The notes under the pieces are model-generated. The model saw nothing but the letters and a program-made list of their open reading frames with translations, was not told the origin of the DNA and searched no databases. The position numbers and the translations under genes are program-made. A stretch of 64,000 bases of DNA, taken from assembly GCA_018971305.1 (NCBI GenBank), contig JAGXBC010000002.1:144046-208045 (forward strand), written 5' to 3'. Every line of letters starts with the position of its first letter. The stretch's first letter is position 1. This DNA is from Patescibacteria group bacterium. GTDB lineage: Bacteria > Patescibacteriota > Minisyncoccia > UBA6257 > 2-01-FULL-56-20. Shown piece by piece: positions 38,262 to 48,041 of this stretch.

Positions 38262-39293
38262 ATGAAAAAAGTTCGCATAGCTATAAACGGATTTGGGCGC
38301 ATAGGGCGCCTGTTTTTCCGGCAAATATTTGATGAGGCAAATATAGAGGTAGTCGCTCTTAACGACCTCGGCGACGCGGAAAATCTCGCCTATCTTTTAA
38401 AGTACGACACGGTTTATGGCCGCTACGACAAAGAAGTGGCAGCCGATTTGGCTAAAGGTGTTCTTGCGGTCGGCGGTAAAGAAATAAAATTTTTACAGGT
38501 CAAAGACCCGACCCAGCTTCCCTGGAAAGATTTGAATGTTGATATTGTCGTGGAGTCCACCGGCATCTTTGAGTCGTTTGAGGCTAACAAGGTACATCTC
38601 GCCGCCGGAGCCAAGCGCGTTGTGATTACGGCTCCAGCCAAGGACGAGGATGGAATCGACGGACAAACAGTTCTTATAGGAGTGAATGATGAAAATCTAA
38701 AAATTCGCCCGATCTCTTCCAATGGTTCGTGCACAACTAATTCGGTATCTCCGGTAATCCAGATACTTTCCGAAAATCCCGGAATTGCGAAAGCGATGCT
38801 CTCCACCGTTCATTCTTATACTGCAACGCAGGGGATTGTTGACGGTCCGGTTCGCAATAGCAAGGATTACAGACGTGGCCGCGCGGCGGCACAGAATATT
38901 GTTCCGTCCACGACCGGCGCGGCGATAGCCGTCACCCGCGGGATTACGGACCTCAAGGGTAAATTTGATGGCCTGGCATTCCGAGTACCTTCCATAACAG
39001 GTTCAGTTTCCGACATAACCTTCTTATCTAAACGTAAAACTTCCGCCGAAGAAATAAATAAAATTCTGACGGACGCCGCTTCTTCGCCTCGCTGGCAGGG
39101 AATATTAAAGGTGACGGACGACCAAATTGTCTCTCACGATATTGTTGGCGAGCCATACGGCGCGATCGTGGACCTCGGTTTTACGAAAGTCGTTGACGGT
39201 GATCTAGTAAAGGTCTTAAGCTGGTACGACAACGAAGCTGGCTATGTGAGCACGCTGGTGAAGCATGTCCGGCTGGTTGCGCAATTGATTTAG
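38262..39293 (+). CDS. gap: Glyceraldehyde-3-phosphate dehydrogenase
   Basis: NGFGRIGR NAD-binding motif, active-site SNGSCTTN. Confidence 0.9.
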   Translation: MKKVRIAINGFGRIGRLFFRQIFDEANIEVVALNDLGDAENLAYLLKYDTVYGRYDKEVAADLAKGVLAVGGKEIKFLQVKDPTQLPWKDLNVDIVVESTGIFESFEANKVHLAAGAKRVVITAPAKDEDGIDGQTVLIGVNDENLKIRPISSNGSCTTNSVSPVIQILSENPGIAKAMLSTVHSYTATQGIVDGPVRNSKDYRRGRAAAQNIVPSTTGAAIAVTRGITDLKGKFDGLAFRVPSITGSVSDITFLSKRKTSAEEINKILTDAASSPRWQGILKVTDDQIVSHDIVGEPYGAIVDLGFTKVVDGDLVKVLSWYDNEAGYVSTLVKHVRLVAQLI

Positions 39294-39302
39294 GGATAGT
39301 TA

Positions 39303-39500
39303 ATGGATAATAATAAATTTTACGCGCAGAGAATGATCGGACATATAATTTTTGCCGTTGCAATTTTTTTCATATTCGTCTCTTTTATGATGTATGCCTG
39401 GTTCTATATGACCTATTCCCATTTAATAAACACAAACGTCCAGCAAAGTATTCTATTCAGCCATATCGTTGACGCGCAACTGAAGATCGGGAGAAAATAA
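39303..39500 (+). CDS. Small hypothetical membrane protein (65 aa)
   Basis: Single hydrophobic segment; weak. Confidence 0.25.
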   Translation: MDNNKFYAQRMIGHIIFAVAIFFIFVSFMMYAWFYMTYSHLINTNVQQSILFSHIVDAQLKIGRK

Positions 39501-39504
39501 AATT

Positions 39505-39954
39505 ATGCTTATCTATATAGGAGCGGATCACAGGGGATTCAAGTTCAAAGAACGCCTGAAAGCTATTTTGCACGATCAAGGATACGAGGTCACGGATGTT
39601 GGGAACGAGATTTATGATGAAAAAGATGACTATCCGGATTTTGCAGCGGAAGTTGGCAGGAGGGTTAGCGCTGAATCTGGGGGCAATAGGGGGGTTTTGA
39701 TATGCGGCTCCGGAGCCGGCGTTGATATCGTAGCCAATAAATTCCATGACGTGCGTTCCGTTCTCGGGATTTCCACGGACCAGGTTTTTGACGCTAGACA
39801 CGACGACGATGTTAATGTTTTGAGCTTGTCCGCTGATTTTACAAGCGAAGCAGATGCCGAAAAAATGGTTAGGGTTTTTCTGGATACGCCTTTCTCGGGA
39901 GAAGAACGTCATAAACGTCGCCTGAAAAAAATTGCGGCGGCAGATAATCAATGA
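39505..39954 (+). CDS. rpiB: Ribose-5-phosphate isomerase B
   Basis: IGADHRGF and LICGSGAGV motifs; 149 aa. Confidence 0.85.
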   Translation: MLIYIGADHRGFKFKERLKAILHDQGYEVTDVGNEIYDEKDDYPDFAAEVGRRVSAESGGNRGVLICGSGAGVDIVANKFHDVRSVLGISTDQVFDARHDDDVNVLSLSADFTSEADAEKMVRVFLDTPFSGEERHKRRLKKIAAADNQ

Positions 39955-40121
39955 ATAACCGCGCCGCAAGCGGCGCGTTATCCGCTTGCGGCCCCTGCGG
40001 TTATTCACCCCGCCATAGGCGGGGTTTATTAAATTCATTCCGCTTCATCCCCGCGTTTACGCGCGGGGTACTAGCGGGAATTTAATAAAAAATCCGCGCT
40101 TAACGAAACGCGGTTTTTTTT
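39954..40121. repeat. Cluster of four or five GC-rich hairpins, the outermost a nested cruciform with 10-bp outer stem gaataaccgc/gcggttattc; the last is a terminator
   Basis: Stems gcgccgc-aa-gcggcgc, ccgcttgcgg, ccccgcc-ata-ggcgggg, ccccgcg-tttac-gcgcgggg, ccgcg-cttaacgaaa-cgcgg plus T8; GC-rich island in AT-rich DNA. Confidence 0.5.
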
Positions 40122-40142
40122 GAATTCACGGGGTGGCAGATT

Positions 40143-40667
40143 TTAATTCGTTTGCGGGAAAATATCGGCGTGCTCTTTTTTCCAAACACTCCATTCTTTC
40201 ATACCGATAGCCTGGATTCTGTCCATTACTTCAACTAGTGACAGCGGGAGGTAGAATGTGTCGCCAACATATGGCTGAAAAGTCGGTCCGGTTGTGCTGC
40301 TCCAAAACGTTCTCCGATAAAACCAGCACTTATCGTTTCCCCGGTTATCTCCCTTATGGAAAACGGTTGTATTGTTTCCGCTGTCTTTGGGTATTGGTAT
40401 TTCCAGCAATTTTGCCGAATATCTCGGGTTATAATAACTCTTGATTACAAACTCTCGATAGCTGGCAATTTGACGCAACTCTTCGTCGCTTGGCATTACG
40501 GACTGTCTGTCCAGTGAAGTTATCCAATACGTTCTGGGGTTTAAAGAATCCACGGGAATCTTGAAGTTCTCGTGTATATGTCGCTGCTGTTCTTGCGTGA
40601 TGTTGGTCGCCGCCATTTGAACCTCGGGCATATTCACCTCCAAAATTTCTATTGGGGAGCTTAGCAT
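40143..40667 (-). CDS. Hypothetical protein (174 aa)
   Basis: ORF; no motif recognised. Confidence 0.4.
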   Translation of the reverse strand: MLSSPIEILEVNMPEVQMAATNITQEQQRHIHENFKIPVDSLNPRTYWITSLDRQSVMPSDEELRQIASYREFVIKSYYNPRYSAKLLEIPIPKDSGNNTTVFHKGDNRGNDKCWFYRRTFWSSTTGPTFQPYVGDTFYLPLSLVEVMDRIQAIGMKEWSVWKKEHADIFPQTN

Positions 40668-40724
40668 AATCGGAATATCCCCGTCAAAAATATGGAGAAA
40701 TTAATGTGATACAATTAATCTATT

Positions 40725-41372
40725 ATGGAGGTTATTCCGGTTATAAATTGCCACGACCACGACATTAAATGCGTTAAAGATAAGCTCTATCACGCTGGGA
40801 AATTTTTACAGAAAGGCGATTGGCTGCATCTGGACATCTCCGACGGCAGGTTCACTTTCAATAAAAGCTGGCGGGATCCGCAGCAATGGGCCTATCTGCG
40901 CCCGGAGTTCAATTTGGAGGTCCATTTGATGGTTGAGGAGCCGGAAAAATATTTGAGCGATTGGTCGGCTGCGGGCGCCGGGCGTTTTATAGTTCATAAA
41001 GAATCATTGAGCGAGGCGGCGGCGGAAAGTTTTGTAAAAAGGGCAAGAACAATGAGAAAAGAAACCGTTCTTTCCAGCGTGCCGCACACTACAACGGCCC
41101 AGCTTTGGCCGTACCTGAGATTTTTTTCACATTATCAGGTTCTGGCCGTGGAACCGGGGCCTGCCGGACAGAAGTTTTTGCCGACAGTACTTCAGAAAAT
41201 AAAATTTTTGAGGAACTTCGCGCCGAATGCTAAAATTGAAGTTGACGGTGGCATTACGCCGGAAATAGCGAAGCTGGTAAAAAAAGCCGGTGCGGACAGG
41301 ATAGTTTCCTCTGCCTACATTTTCGGCAGCAAAAATCCGAAGAGCGCATATAAGAAACTTCAAAAAGCATAA
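40725..41372 (+). CDS. rpe: Ribulose-phosphate 3-epimerase
   Basis: Collinear with Rpe: WLHLDISDGRF, EVHLMVEEP, LAVEPGPAGQKF, IEVDGGI, GADRIVSSAYIF. Confidence 0.8.
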   Translation: MEVIPVINCHDHDIKCVKDKLYHAGKFLQKGDWLHLDISDGRFTFNKSWRDPQQWAYLRPEFNLEVHLMVEEPEKYLSDWSAAGAGRFIVHKESLSEAAAESFVKRARTMRKETVLSSVPHTTTAQLWPYLRFFSHYQVLAVEPGPAGQKFLPTVLQKIKFLRNFAPNAKIEVDGGITPEIAKLVKKAGADRIVSSAYIFGSKNPKSAYKKLQKA

Positions 41373-41373
41373 G

Positions 41374-42234
41374 ATGCAGGAAATCCACGAGAAAAAAATA
41401 AAGTATCTGGAATACATTGCGAATAAGCTTCGCGAGGATGTGATCAGAATGGTTTCGCATGCCGGTTCCGGGCATATTGCCGGACCGCTTGATATGGCGG
41501 AAATTTTCGCCGCGTTTTATTTTCACATTTTGAATCACGACCCTAAGAAACCCGATTGGCCGGATCGTGACCGCTTGGTTTTGTCTAACGGCCACATTTG
41601 CCCCGTGCAGTACGCGGCGCTGGCCCGCTCCGGATATTTTCAATTGGAAGAATTAAAAACCTTGCGCCAGCTGGGGACCCGTCTGCAAGGCCACCCTCAC
41701 AGGAAAGTTCTCCCGGGTATTGAGACAACATCCGGACCGCTCGGTTCCGGGATTTCGCAGGCGGTCGGCATGGCGCTCGCGGCGCGGCTGGACGGTAAAA
41801 AGTGGCGGACATATTGCCTTACATCAGATGGCGAGCACGAAGAGGGGAATACATGGGAAGCGATTATGTTCGCCGGCAAGAATAGGTTGAATAATTTAAC
41901 AGTTGTCGTTGACCGCAATAATATCCAAATAGACGGTTTTACGGAAAATATTATGCCGCTTGAACCGTTCCGCAGGAAATATGAATCGTTTAACTGGGAA
42001 GTGGTGGAGATAAACGGCCACGATTTTTATGACATAATTTCCGCTGTTGCCGAGGCGCAGGCAGTATATGAAAAGCCGACCGTTATTATCGCCCATACCA
42101 TAGCCGGCAAAGGAGTGAGTTTTATGGAAAGGAACTATTTATGGCACTCTAAGCCTTTTAGTTCGGGTGAGGCAGAGGAGGCGCTAAAAGAGCTGCGAAC
42201 CCTCGGTGGGAAAATAAGAAGCGAACATGAATAA
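41374..42234 (+). CDS. Transketolase, N-terminal (TPP-binding) subunit
   Basis: GHIAGPLDMAEI, TSGPLGSG and GDGE..EG motifs; 286 aa split-type transketolase. Confidence 0.85.
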   Translation: MQEIHEKKIKYLEYIANKLREDVIRMVSHAGSGHIAGPLDMAEIFAAFYFHILNHDPKKPDWPDRDRLVLSNGHICPVQYAALARSGYFQLEELKTLRQLGTRLQGHPHRKVLPGIETTSGPLGSGISQAVGMALAARLDGKKWRTYCLTSDGEHEEGNTWEAIMFAGKNRLNNLTVVVDRNNIQIDGFTENIMPLEPFRRKYESFNWEVVEINGHDFYDIISAVAEAQAVYEKPTVIIAHTIAGKGVSFMERNYLWHSKPFSSGEAEEALKELRTLGGKIRSEHE

Positions 42235-42430
42235 GAAACAAGTAGCATCAATAATATTTCTAATATTAGCGTTCGTCCTTATTGCTATAAATGGTATTGG
42301 TTTTAACATGGGGACTTACATTCAAATGGACGTCAATCAAAAAATTTTGGTTACATTAGATGCGGTCGTCAGTTTATTGTGGGCAATTCTTTTTATGTTA
42401 TTAGCGATTTATTTTAAAGATAGAAAATAA
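42227..42430 (+). CDS. Small two-TM membrane protein
   Basis: 67 aa; weak. Confidence 0.3.
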   Translation: MNKKQVASIIFLILAFVLIAINGIGFNMGTYIQMDVNQKILVTLDAVVSLLWAILFMLLAIYFKDRK

Positions 42431-42435
42431 AATTT

Positions 42436-43380
42436 ATGTCTAAACAAACAGCAAAAAGTTCTCCCCGCGATGTCTTTATGTATCTTTTGGCGACAATAAC
42501 CGTTTACTTCAGCGCCTATAGCGTAATTGACCTTGTCTTTCAATATATAAACGTAGGATTTCCGGACGCACTTAATCCATATTACGATGCCGGCAACGCC
42601 ATTCGCTGGCCGTTGGCATTCCTCGTTATCATTTTCCCCGTCTACGTTTGGGTTTCTAGTTTTTTGCACAAAGAACTAGTAAAAAATCCAAAGAACGGCG
42701 AGGTAAAAATCCGCAAATGGCTGCTTTATTTCACGCTTTTCGCCGCCGCGCTTCTTATAATCGGCGACTTGGTTTCTCTTATATATAACTTTTTGGGCGG
42801 AGACCTTACTACAAGATTTTTGCTTAAGGTTTTAGCTATACTTGCGGTTGCCGCCGCTGTCTTTTGGTATTATCTCTATGATTTGCGCAGTGGCAAAAAA
42901 AAGTTTTCTTCCGGAGCGAAAGTGTCCGTTAAAATTGCTATTGTCTGCGTGGCAGTGGTTGCCGTTACAGGATTCTTTATTGCTGGATCGCCCTTCAGGC
43001 AGCGCCTTATAAAGTTTGACGACCAAAAAATTAGCGACCTGCAGAATATCCAGTGGCGGGTGGTAAATTACTGGCAGCAGAAAAATGTTTTGCCGTCTAC
43101 CATCGGCGACTTGCGGGACGATATTTCCGGATTTGTTCCGCCGGTTGACCCGCAGGACAGTTCTGCCTACGTGTATACTGCAACCGGAGAACTTTCGTTT
43201 GGGCTTTGCGCTAATTTTAACGAGGCATCAGACGATAAGGCGAGAGCTGTCATTCAGCCCCAGCCATACGGGGTTTCTGGAAATGAGAGTTGGGCGCATC
43301 CCGCCGGAAATTATTGTTTCTCGCGGACGATAGACCCGCAACTATATAAACCAATCGCACCTGCGCCGATGCTTAAATAA
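42436..43380 (+). CDS. Hypothetical membrane protein with C-terminal soluble domain
   Basis: 314 aa; four or more TM helices. Confidence 0.4.
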   Translation: MSKQTAKSSPRDVFMYLLATITVYFSAYSVIDLVFQYINVGFPDALNPYYDAGNAIRWPLAFLVIIFPVYVWVSSFLHKELVKNPKNGEVKIRKWLLYFTLFAAALLIIGDLVSLIYNFLGGDLTTRFLLKVLAILAVAAAVFWYYLYDLRSGKKKFSSGAKVSVKIAIVCVAVVAVTGFFIAGSPFRQRLIKFDDQKISDLQNIQWRVVNYWQQKNVLPSTIGDLRDDISGFVPPVDPQDSSAYVYTATGELSFGLCANFNEASDDKARAVIQPQPYGVSGNESWAHPAGNYCFSRTIDPQLYKPIAPAPMLK

Positions 43381-43386
43381 AAATCC

Positions 43387-44142
43387 ATGCCTAACCCAGA
43401 CACAAAATTATCTAAAAATGGATTCGCGACCATAATCGCCATTATAATTATCGCAGCTGTTTTGGTTACGGCTGGATACTTTGTGCTTGTAAATAAAGCG
43501 CAGGTGCCAGAGGTATTGTTGTCTGGACAGCACACAACGCCACCGCTTGCTGTGCAGAACCAAACATCAAAATCAGCAATTGATGCAAGTTGGAAAACTT
43601 ATAGTAATCCAAAATACGGATTTGAATTTAGCTATCCTCAAGACTGGGCGATTGATGGCATTTATGACTATTCTACTGATAACGGGAAAAATTCGGCGTA
43701 TATACCATATCTGGGCGATTTTAATTATTTTTTTACAATGAACGCTGATCCACTAAGCAGACTGGATGGGTTTACTATATCTCTAGGTTGTCAGTCTGGT
43801 AATAAGGTTAATTTAATAGAACAGAAAGGTCTTCTTATGGGATCAGGAACCGTGTCATTGGCTAATACAACTGCGACAATGTTCTCGGGCGGCGAATGTA
43901 CGTATGTTAATAATCCTAATGAGTGTAATTCTGACGTATCGCCGACACTGACTCTTCTTTGTAATAACGATGGCGATATTTGTTTTCAAGCCGATACTTA
44001 TACGGGGGGCGGTATTTATGCAGATAGACAGGCGCGCACAGCTTTACTAAAAGAGGTTTTGGGCACGGTAAGGTTTTCAAAAGATCCACAATCTATTCTT
44101 GTTCCCGGCAACTGTCCTGTCCCCATAGAAAGAAAAGGATAA
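43387..44142 (+). CDS. Hypothetical secreted protein with N-terminal anchor
   Basis: KNGFATIIAIIIIAAVLV anchor (pilin-like but lacking Glu+5); Cys-containing C-terminal domain. Confidence 0.4.
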   Translation: MPNPDTKLSKNGFATIIAIIIIAAVLVTAGYFVLVNKAQVPEVLLSGQHTTPPLAVQNQTSKSAIDASWKTYSNPKYGFEFSYPQDWAIDGIYDYSTDNGKNSAYIPYLGDFNYFFTMNADPLSRLDGFTISLGCQSGNKVNLIEQKGLLMGSGTVSLANTTATMFSGGECTYVNNPNECNSDVSPTLTLLCNNDGDICFQADTYTGGGIYADRQARTALLKEVLGTVRFSKDPQSILVPGNCPVPIERKG

Positions 44143-44174
44143 ACAATCATCTATAATAAAAGACAGCAAACAAG

Positions 44175-45167
44175 ATGCTCAATCCCGAAGCAAAACTTAA
44201 TCCAAAACTATTCGAGCACGATATCGAGCAGGCGCCGACCCGCAATGGTTATGGCGAGGGTTTGGTTTTGGCCGGAGAGGCAAATAAGAATGTGGTAGCA
44301 CTTTGCGCGGATTTAACAGAGTCCACACGCGCGGAAGCATTTGCTAAAAAATTTCCCGAGAGATTTTTTGAAGTCGGCGTTGCAGAGCAGAATATGGCGA
44401 CTATCGCCGCCGGACTGGGAGTCACCGGCAAAATCCCTTTTATATCTTCTTATGCAACATTTTCCCCCGGCAGAAACTGGGAGCAAATAAGAACAACTAT
44501 CGCTTATAACGATTCCAATGTAAAAATCGCCGGACATCACGCGGGGATTTCCGTGGGTCCTGACGGCGCAACGCACCAGGCAACGGAAGACATCGCTATG
44601 ATGCGGGCATTGCCGAATATGAAAATTTTCGTTCCTTGCGACTCGATTGAGGGGAAGAAAGCTACGCTCGCGGCGGCCCACATCTGGGGCCCGGTTTATC
44701 TGAGATTCCAAAGGGAGAAAACTCCGGTGTTTACTACCGAAGCGACGCCCTATGTCCCGGGCAAGGCGGAAGTTTTTTGGGAAACTAAAGGGGCGAAGGT
44801 ATTAATTGTCGGTTGTGGGGGTTTGTTATACAACTCTTTACTTGCCGCCCGGGAATTGGAAAGAGAAAAAATTGGCACTATAGTTTTAAACAGCCACACG
44901 ATAAAACCGCTGGATGAGAAGAAAATCGTGGAACTTGCCAAAAAATGTGGTGCTGTGGTTACAGTTGAAGAACATCAAATTGCCGGCGGCTTGGGCGGCG
45001 CGGTTGCGGAAGTTTTAGCACAGCATACGCCAGTGCCGATGGAGTTTGTTGGAATGCATGATACTTATGGAGAATCCGGCCAGCCAAGCGAGCTTATCAA
45101 GAAATATGGGATGGATGTTAAAGATATAAAACTGGCCGTTAAAAAAGTTCTGCGCAGGAGAAAATAA
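44175..45167 (+). CDS. Transketolase, C-terminal (pyrimidine-binding) subunit
   Basis: ..EVGVAEQNM.., ..GPDGATHQATEDIA.. motifs; 330 aa. Confidence 0.85.
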   Translation: MLNPEAKLNPKLFEHDIEQAPTRNGYGEGLVLAGEANKNVVALCADLTESTRAEAFAKKFPERFFEVGVAEQNMATIAAGLGVTGKIPFISSYATFSPGRNWEQIRTTIAYNDSNVKIAGHHAGISVGPDGATHQATEDIAMMRALPNMKIFVPCDSIEGKKATLAAAHIWGPVYLRFQREKTPVFTTEATPYVPGKAEVFWETKGAKVLIVGCGGLLYNSLLAARELEREKIGTIVLNSHTIKPLDEKKIVELAKKCGAVVTVEEHQIAGGLGGAVAEVLAQHTPVPMEFVGMHDTYGESGQPSELIKKYGMDVKDIKLAVKKVLRRRK

Positions 45168-45214
45168 AAATCCCCTTCCGAATTGGCTGGGGGGATATAA
45201 TTGGTTAAATCGTG

Positions 45215-45652
45215 CTAGTTTGGCTTAAACCCAAGCACTACTACTGCCCACTGCGCGTGACTGTAATTTTCTTGCGCCTCCTTAAGAGCCGACTCGGCAG
45301 CATTTTCATTTGTCCTGAGTTCACTAAGTTTCTGGATGTTTGTTTTCACCATATCAGCGGTCGATGGCTCAGATGCAAGGATTTTTTCTTTGGCCGCCCT
45401 TGCCTGATCCAGTGAAGCGCTTTTCAGTTTGACTTCTTCGCTTAATTTACCAAGTTGCGCCGTAACATAAGGCTGCATTAGCCTTATCGCTTCTTTGTCT
45501 TCTTGTTGTGGCGGTTCAATCTTTAATTGGGCCACGAAGTATTCATGCGCACGACTGTATGTAATTGCCGGCATAGCAATCGCCGCTATTATAATTAGAA
45601 CTATCGCCACCATAATCCACAACCCTATCAGTGAAAGGACATTCTTTTTCAC
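45215..45652 (-). CDS. Hypothetical membrane-anchored coiled-coil protein
   Basis: N-terminal TM plus helical region. Confidence 0.4.
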   Translation of the reverse strand: MKKNVLSLIGLWIMVAIVLIIIAAIAMPAITYSRAHEYFVAQLKIEPPQQEDKEAIRLMQPYVTAQLGKLSEEVKLKSASLDQARAAKEKILASEPSTADMVKTNIQKLSELRTNENAAESALKEAQENYSHAQWAVVVLGFKPN

Positions 45653-45753
45653 ATCATCCTCCCGGGCAAGCTGCCCACAAAGTTCAAGTCTTACACTGAG
45701 GGCATTATATGTTGTTTTGAATTACTTGTCAATTGGGAATATAATTTAAGTTA

Positions 45754-46776
45754 ATGTTTGATGTAATCACCATCGGTTCCACAACCCGCGACGCTTTTTT
45801 TGAAAGCGATTTTACAACAATTAAATGGCCAAAAACTCCGTCGCGGTTGGCGTATGTTTTGCCTAAAGGCGACAAGCTGGAAATCAAGCGCGCTTATTTT
45901 ACCGTTGGAGGCAACGCAGCGAACGGTTCGGTGACTTTCGCGCGACAGGGATTTAGGGTGGCGGCAGTTGGAAAAATCGGGGACGATGCTTCAGGGGAAG
46001 AAATAAAGCGCAAGCTCGCGAGCGAAAAAGTTAACACATCGCTTATGGCGATGGCTCGCAATATGCCGAGCGCACACTCCGTTTTGCTTTTAGAAAATGC
46101 CGAGCGCACGATTCTTGGTTATCATGGTTCGTCGGACACTTTCGCGATTCGCGACCTTCATCTCTTAAAAATGAAGGCTAAATGGTGGTATATGTCTTTA
46201 GCCGGAGAGTCGGACAAGATGTTTTTGCCGCTTATAAAATTCGCGCGCGCGAATAAGATCGCGGTTGCCTTTAATCCAAGCGGTCATCACTTACGCCACA
46301 AACGCAATGATGTTCTGAGATCGCTCAAAGATATTTCATTTTTGGTTTTAAACGACGAAGAAGCGGGACAAATCACCGGAATTCCCTGGAAATACGAGAA
46401 AAAAGTTTTTAAAAAGCTGGATAAGCTGATGAGCCCGGGAATTTTGGCTGTAACGACTGGGCGAATGGGGGTCACCGTTTCCGACGGCAAATATGTTTAT
46501 AAAGCCGGGATTTTCAAGGAGAGAAAACTGGTCGACAGGACCGGTGCGGGGGACGCTTTTGGTTCGGGATTTACCGCCGGGCTTTTACTGCGTGGAATTA
46601 ATGCAAAGAATATCGGGAAGGCGAAATCTTCGGATATCTGCTACGCAATACGTCTTGCAACGGCGAACGCAACTTCCGTTGTAGAAAAAATAGGCGCCAC
46701 GGAAGGGATTATTACGCGGGAAGAATTCAATATGCCGCGCTGGAAAAATCTTAATATAACCGTTAAAAAAATATAA
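45754..46776 (+). CDS. PfkB-family carbohydrate/nucleoside kinase
   Basis: C-terminal TGAGDAFGSGF signature; N-terminal GG motif. Confidence 0.75.
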   Translation: MFDVITIGSTTRDAFFESDFTTIKWPKTPSRLAYVLPKGDKLEIKRAYFTVGGNAANGSVTFARQGFRVAAVGKIGDDASGEEIKRKLASEKVNTSLMAMARNMPSAHSVLLLENAERTILGYHGSSDTFAIRDLHLLKMKAKWWYMSLAGESDKMFLPLIKFARANKIAVAFNPSGHHLRHKRNDVLRSLKDISFLVLNDEEAGQITGIPWKYEKKVFKKLDKLMSPGILAVTTGRMGVTVSDGKYVYKAGIFKERKLVDRTGAGDAFGSGFTAGLLLRGINAKNIGKAKSSDICYAIRLATANATSVVEKIGATEGIITREEFNMPRWKNLNITVKKI

Positions 46777-46777
46777 A

Positions 46778-48031
46778 ATGACTGGCGCTGAGAAAGTATC
46801 TAAAATATTAAGAGCCGACAAACACTTGGTCGCCAAATTGGACGAGCGGCTATCCTCGGTTTCCGGGAAAAACGGTGTCTTGGATAAAATTATAGAAGAG
46901 CACTCCAATATCATCCGCGATAAGCTTTCTACTCTCGGTATCCCCACTGCGGCCACTTCCAAGGATGTTTACGATGCCCTGATTTCCAAAATAGAGTCCG
47001 ACGACCATCATTTATTTTCCGCTTTGAACGAGCCGGATTGCCGGCGTGTTGCCGATTGTCAGAAGGTTGCCGATGCGGCTTTGCAGGTTGCTGGCGGTCC
47101 GAAAGGATTGTTTCTTAAATTTGATAAGGCCAGGGAATTCTTAATAAAAGAGCCGCCGAAAAAGATAATGGCGTTTTTGGGTTATGATTCGGCTGAAAAA
47201 ATGCTCTTAAATGAAGATTTGCTGGAGGTTATGAGCGCCCTGCGTTTTATTGAAGGCAGCGAATGGCTGAATAATGTTTTCTTCAAGCAGTATGGATCTC
47301 TTACGCCGGATGATTTTGAGGAGCGGGATATCCGAGTTAAGGCCTTGAGCGAAAAATGGGGCGCGGAATCGCAAAAGTTCGTTATTAAGAAGCGGCACAA
47401 CATCAGTCACCTGAAGGAACTTGGAGTTATTTTCGTGATACCGGTTCTTCTTGGCATCTCCGGAGAGATCTTGCGCATGTTCGCGCTTATCCTCCACTAT
47501 TTAAACGAGATTCCTTTCTACTCCGATATTTTTCGGGACATAGCCAAAGATCAGAAAACTTTTACGGCTAATTTCACCTCTCTCTTGCGCGGTGATGTTT
47601 TGGAAAATAGGCCGGCCGAGAGCGATAAATCATTATGGCTGGTCGTGCAGCGGTATCTGGCAAAGGACGACGAAAACGATTGGCGTTTGTTCGTGCCGCA
47701 TATCAATCCGGAAGCCCTGCACTGGCTTAAGGCCGAGGAAAATTTGGCTAGCGCCGGGGCGACAATGGACCATTTCGGCGAAGAGTTGGCATTTTGGAAG
47801 GATATTGACTGGGTGGGGGATTATTTCAAAGACGAAAGCGGCGTGGACGTACTTGTGAGCTTTGACCTTGTGGACACGGTGATGAGCTTGGTAAAGGAAA
47901 AAGAAATGGCCAAGTATCTCTATCATCATCAGGAAGCTCTTTGGAATAAAGTGTTTGCGGAATATATGGGACGGGATAAACTGGAAGATTATTCCAAGCA
48001 ATACTTATTAAAAGGATATTTCGAAATTTAA
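46778..48031 (+). CDS. Hypothetical protein (417 aa)
   Basis: Long ORF between pfkB-like and fba genes; no motif recognised. Confidence 0.45.
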   Translation: MTGAEKVSKILRADKHLVAKLDERLSSVSGKNGVLDKIIEEHSNIIRDKLSTLGIPTAATSKDVYDALISKIESDDHHLFSALNEPDCRRVADCQKVADAALQVAGGPKGLFLKFDKAREFLIKEPPKKIMAFLGYDSAEKMLLNEDLLEVMSALRFIEGSEWLNNVFFKQYGSLTPDDFEERDIRVKALSEKWGAESQKFVIKKRHNISHLKELGVIFVIPVLLGISGEILRMFALILHYLNEIPFYSDIFRDIAKDQKTFTANFTSLLRGDVLENRPAESDKSLWLVVQRYLAKDDENDWRLFVPHINPEALHWLKAEENLASAGATMDHFGEELAFWKDIDWVGDYFKDESGVDVLVSFDLVDTVMSLVKEKEMAKYLYHHQEALWNKVFAEYMGRDKLEDYSKQYLLKGYFEI

Positions 48032-48041
48032 TTTCAGATCA

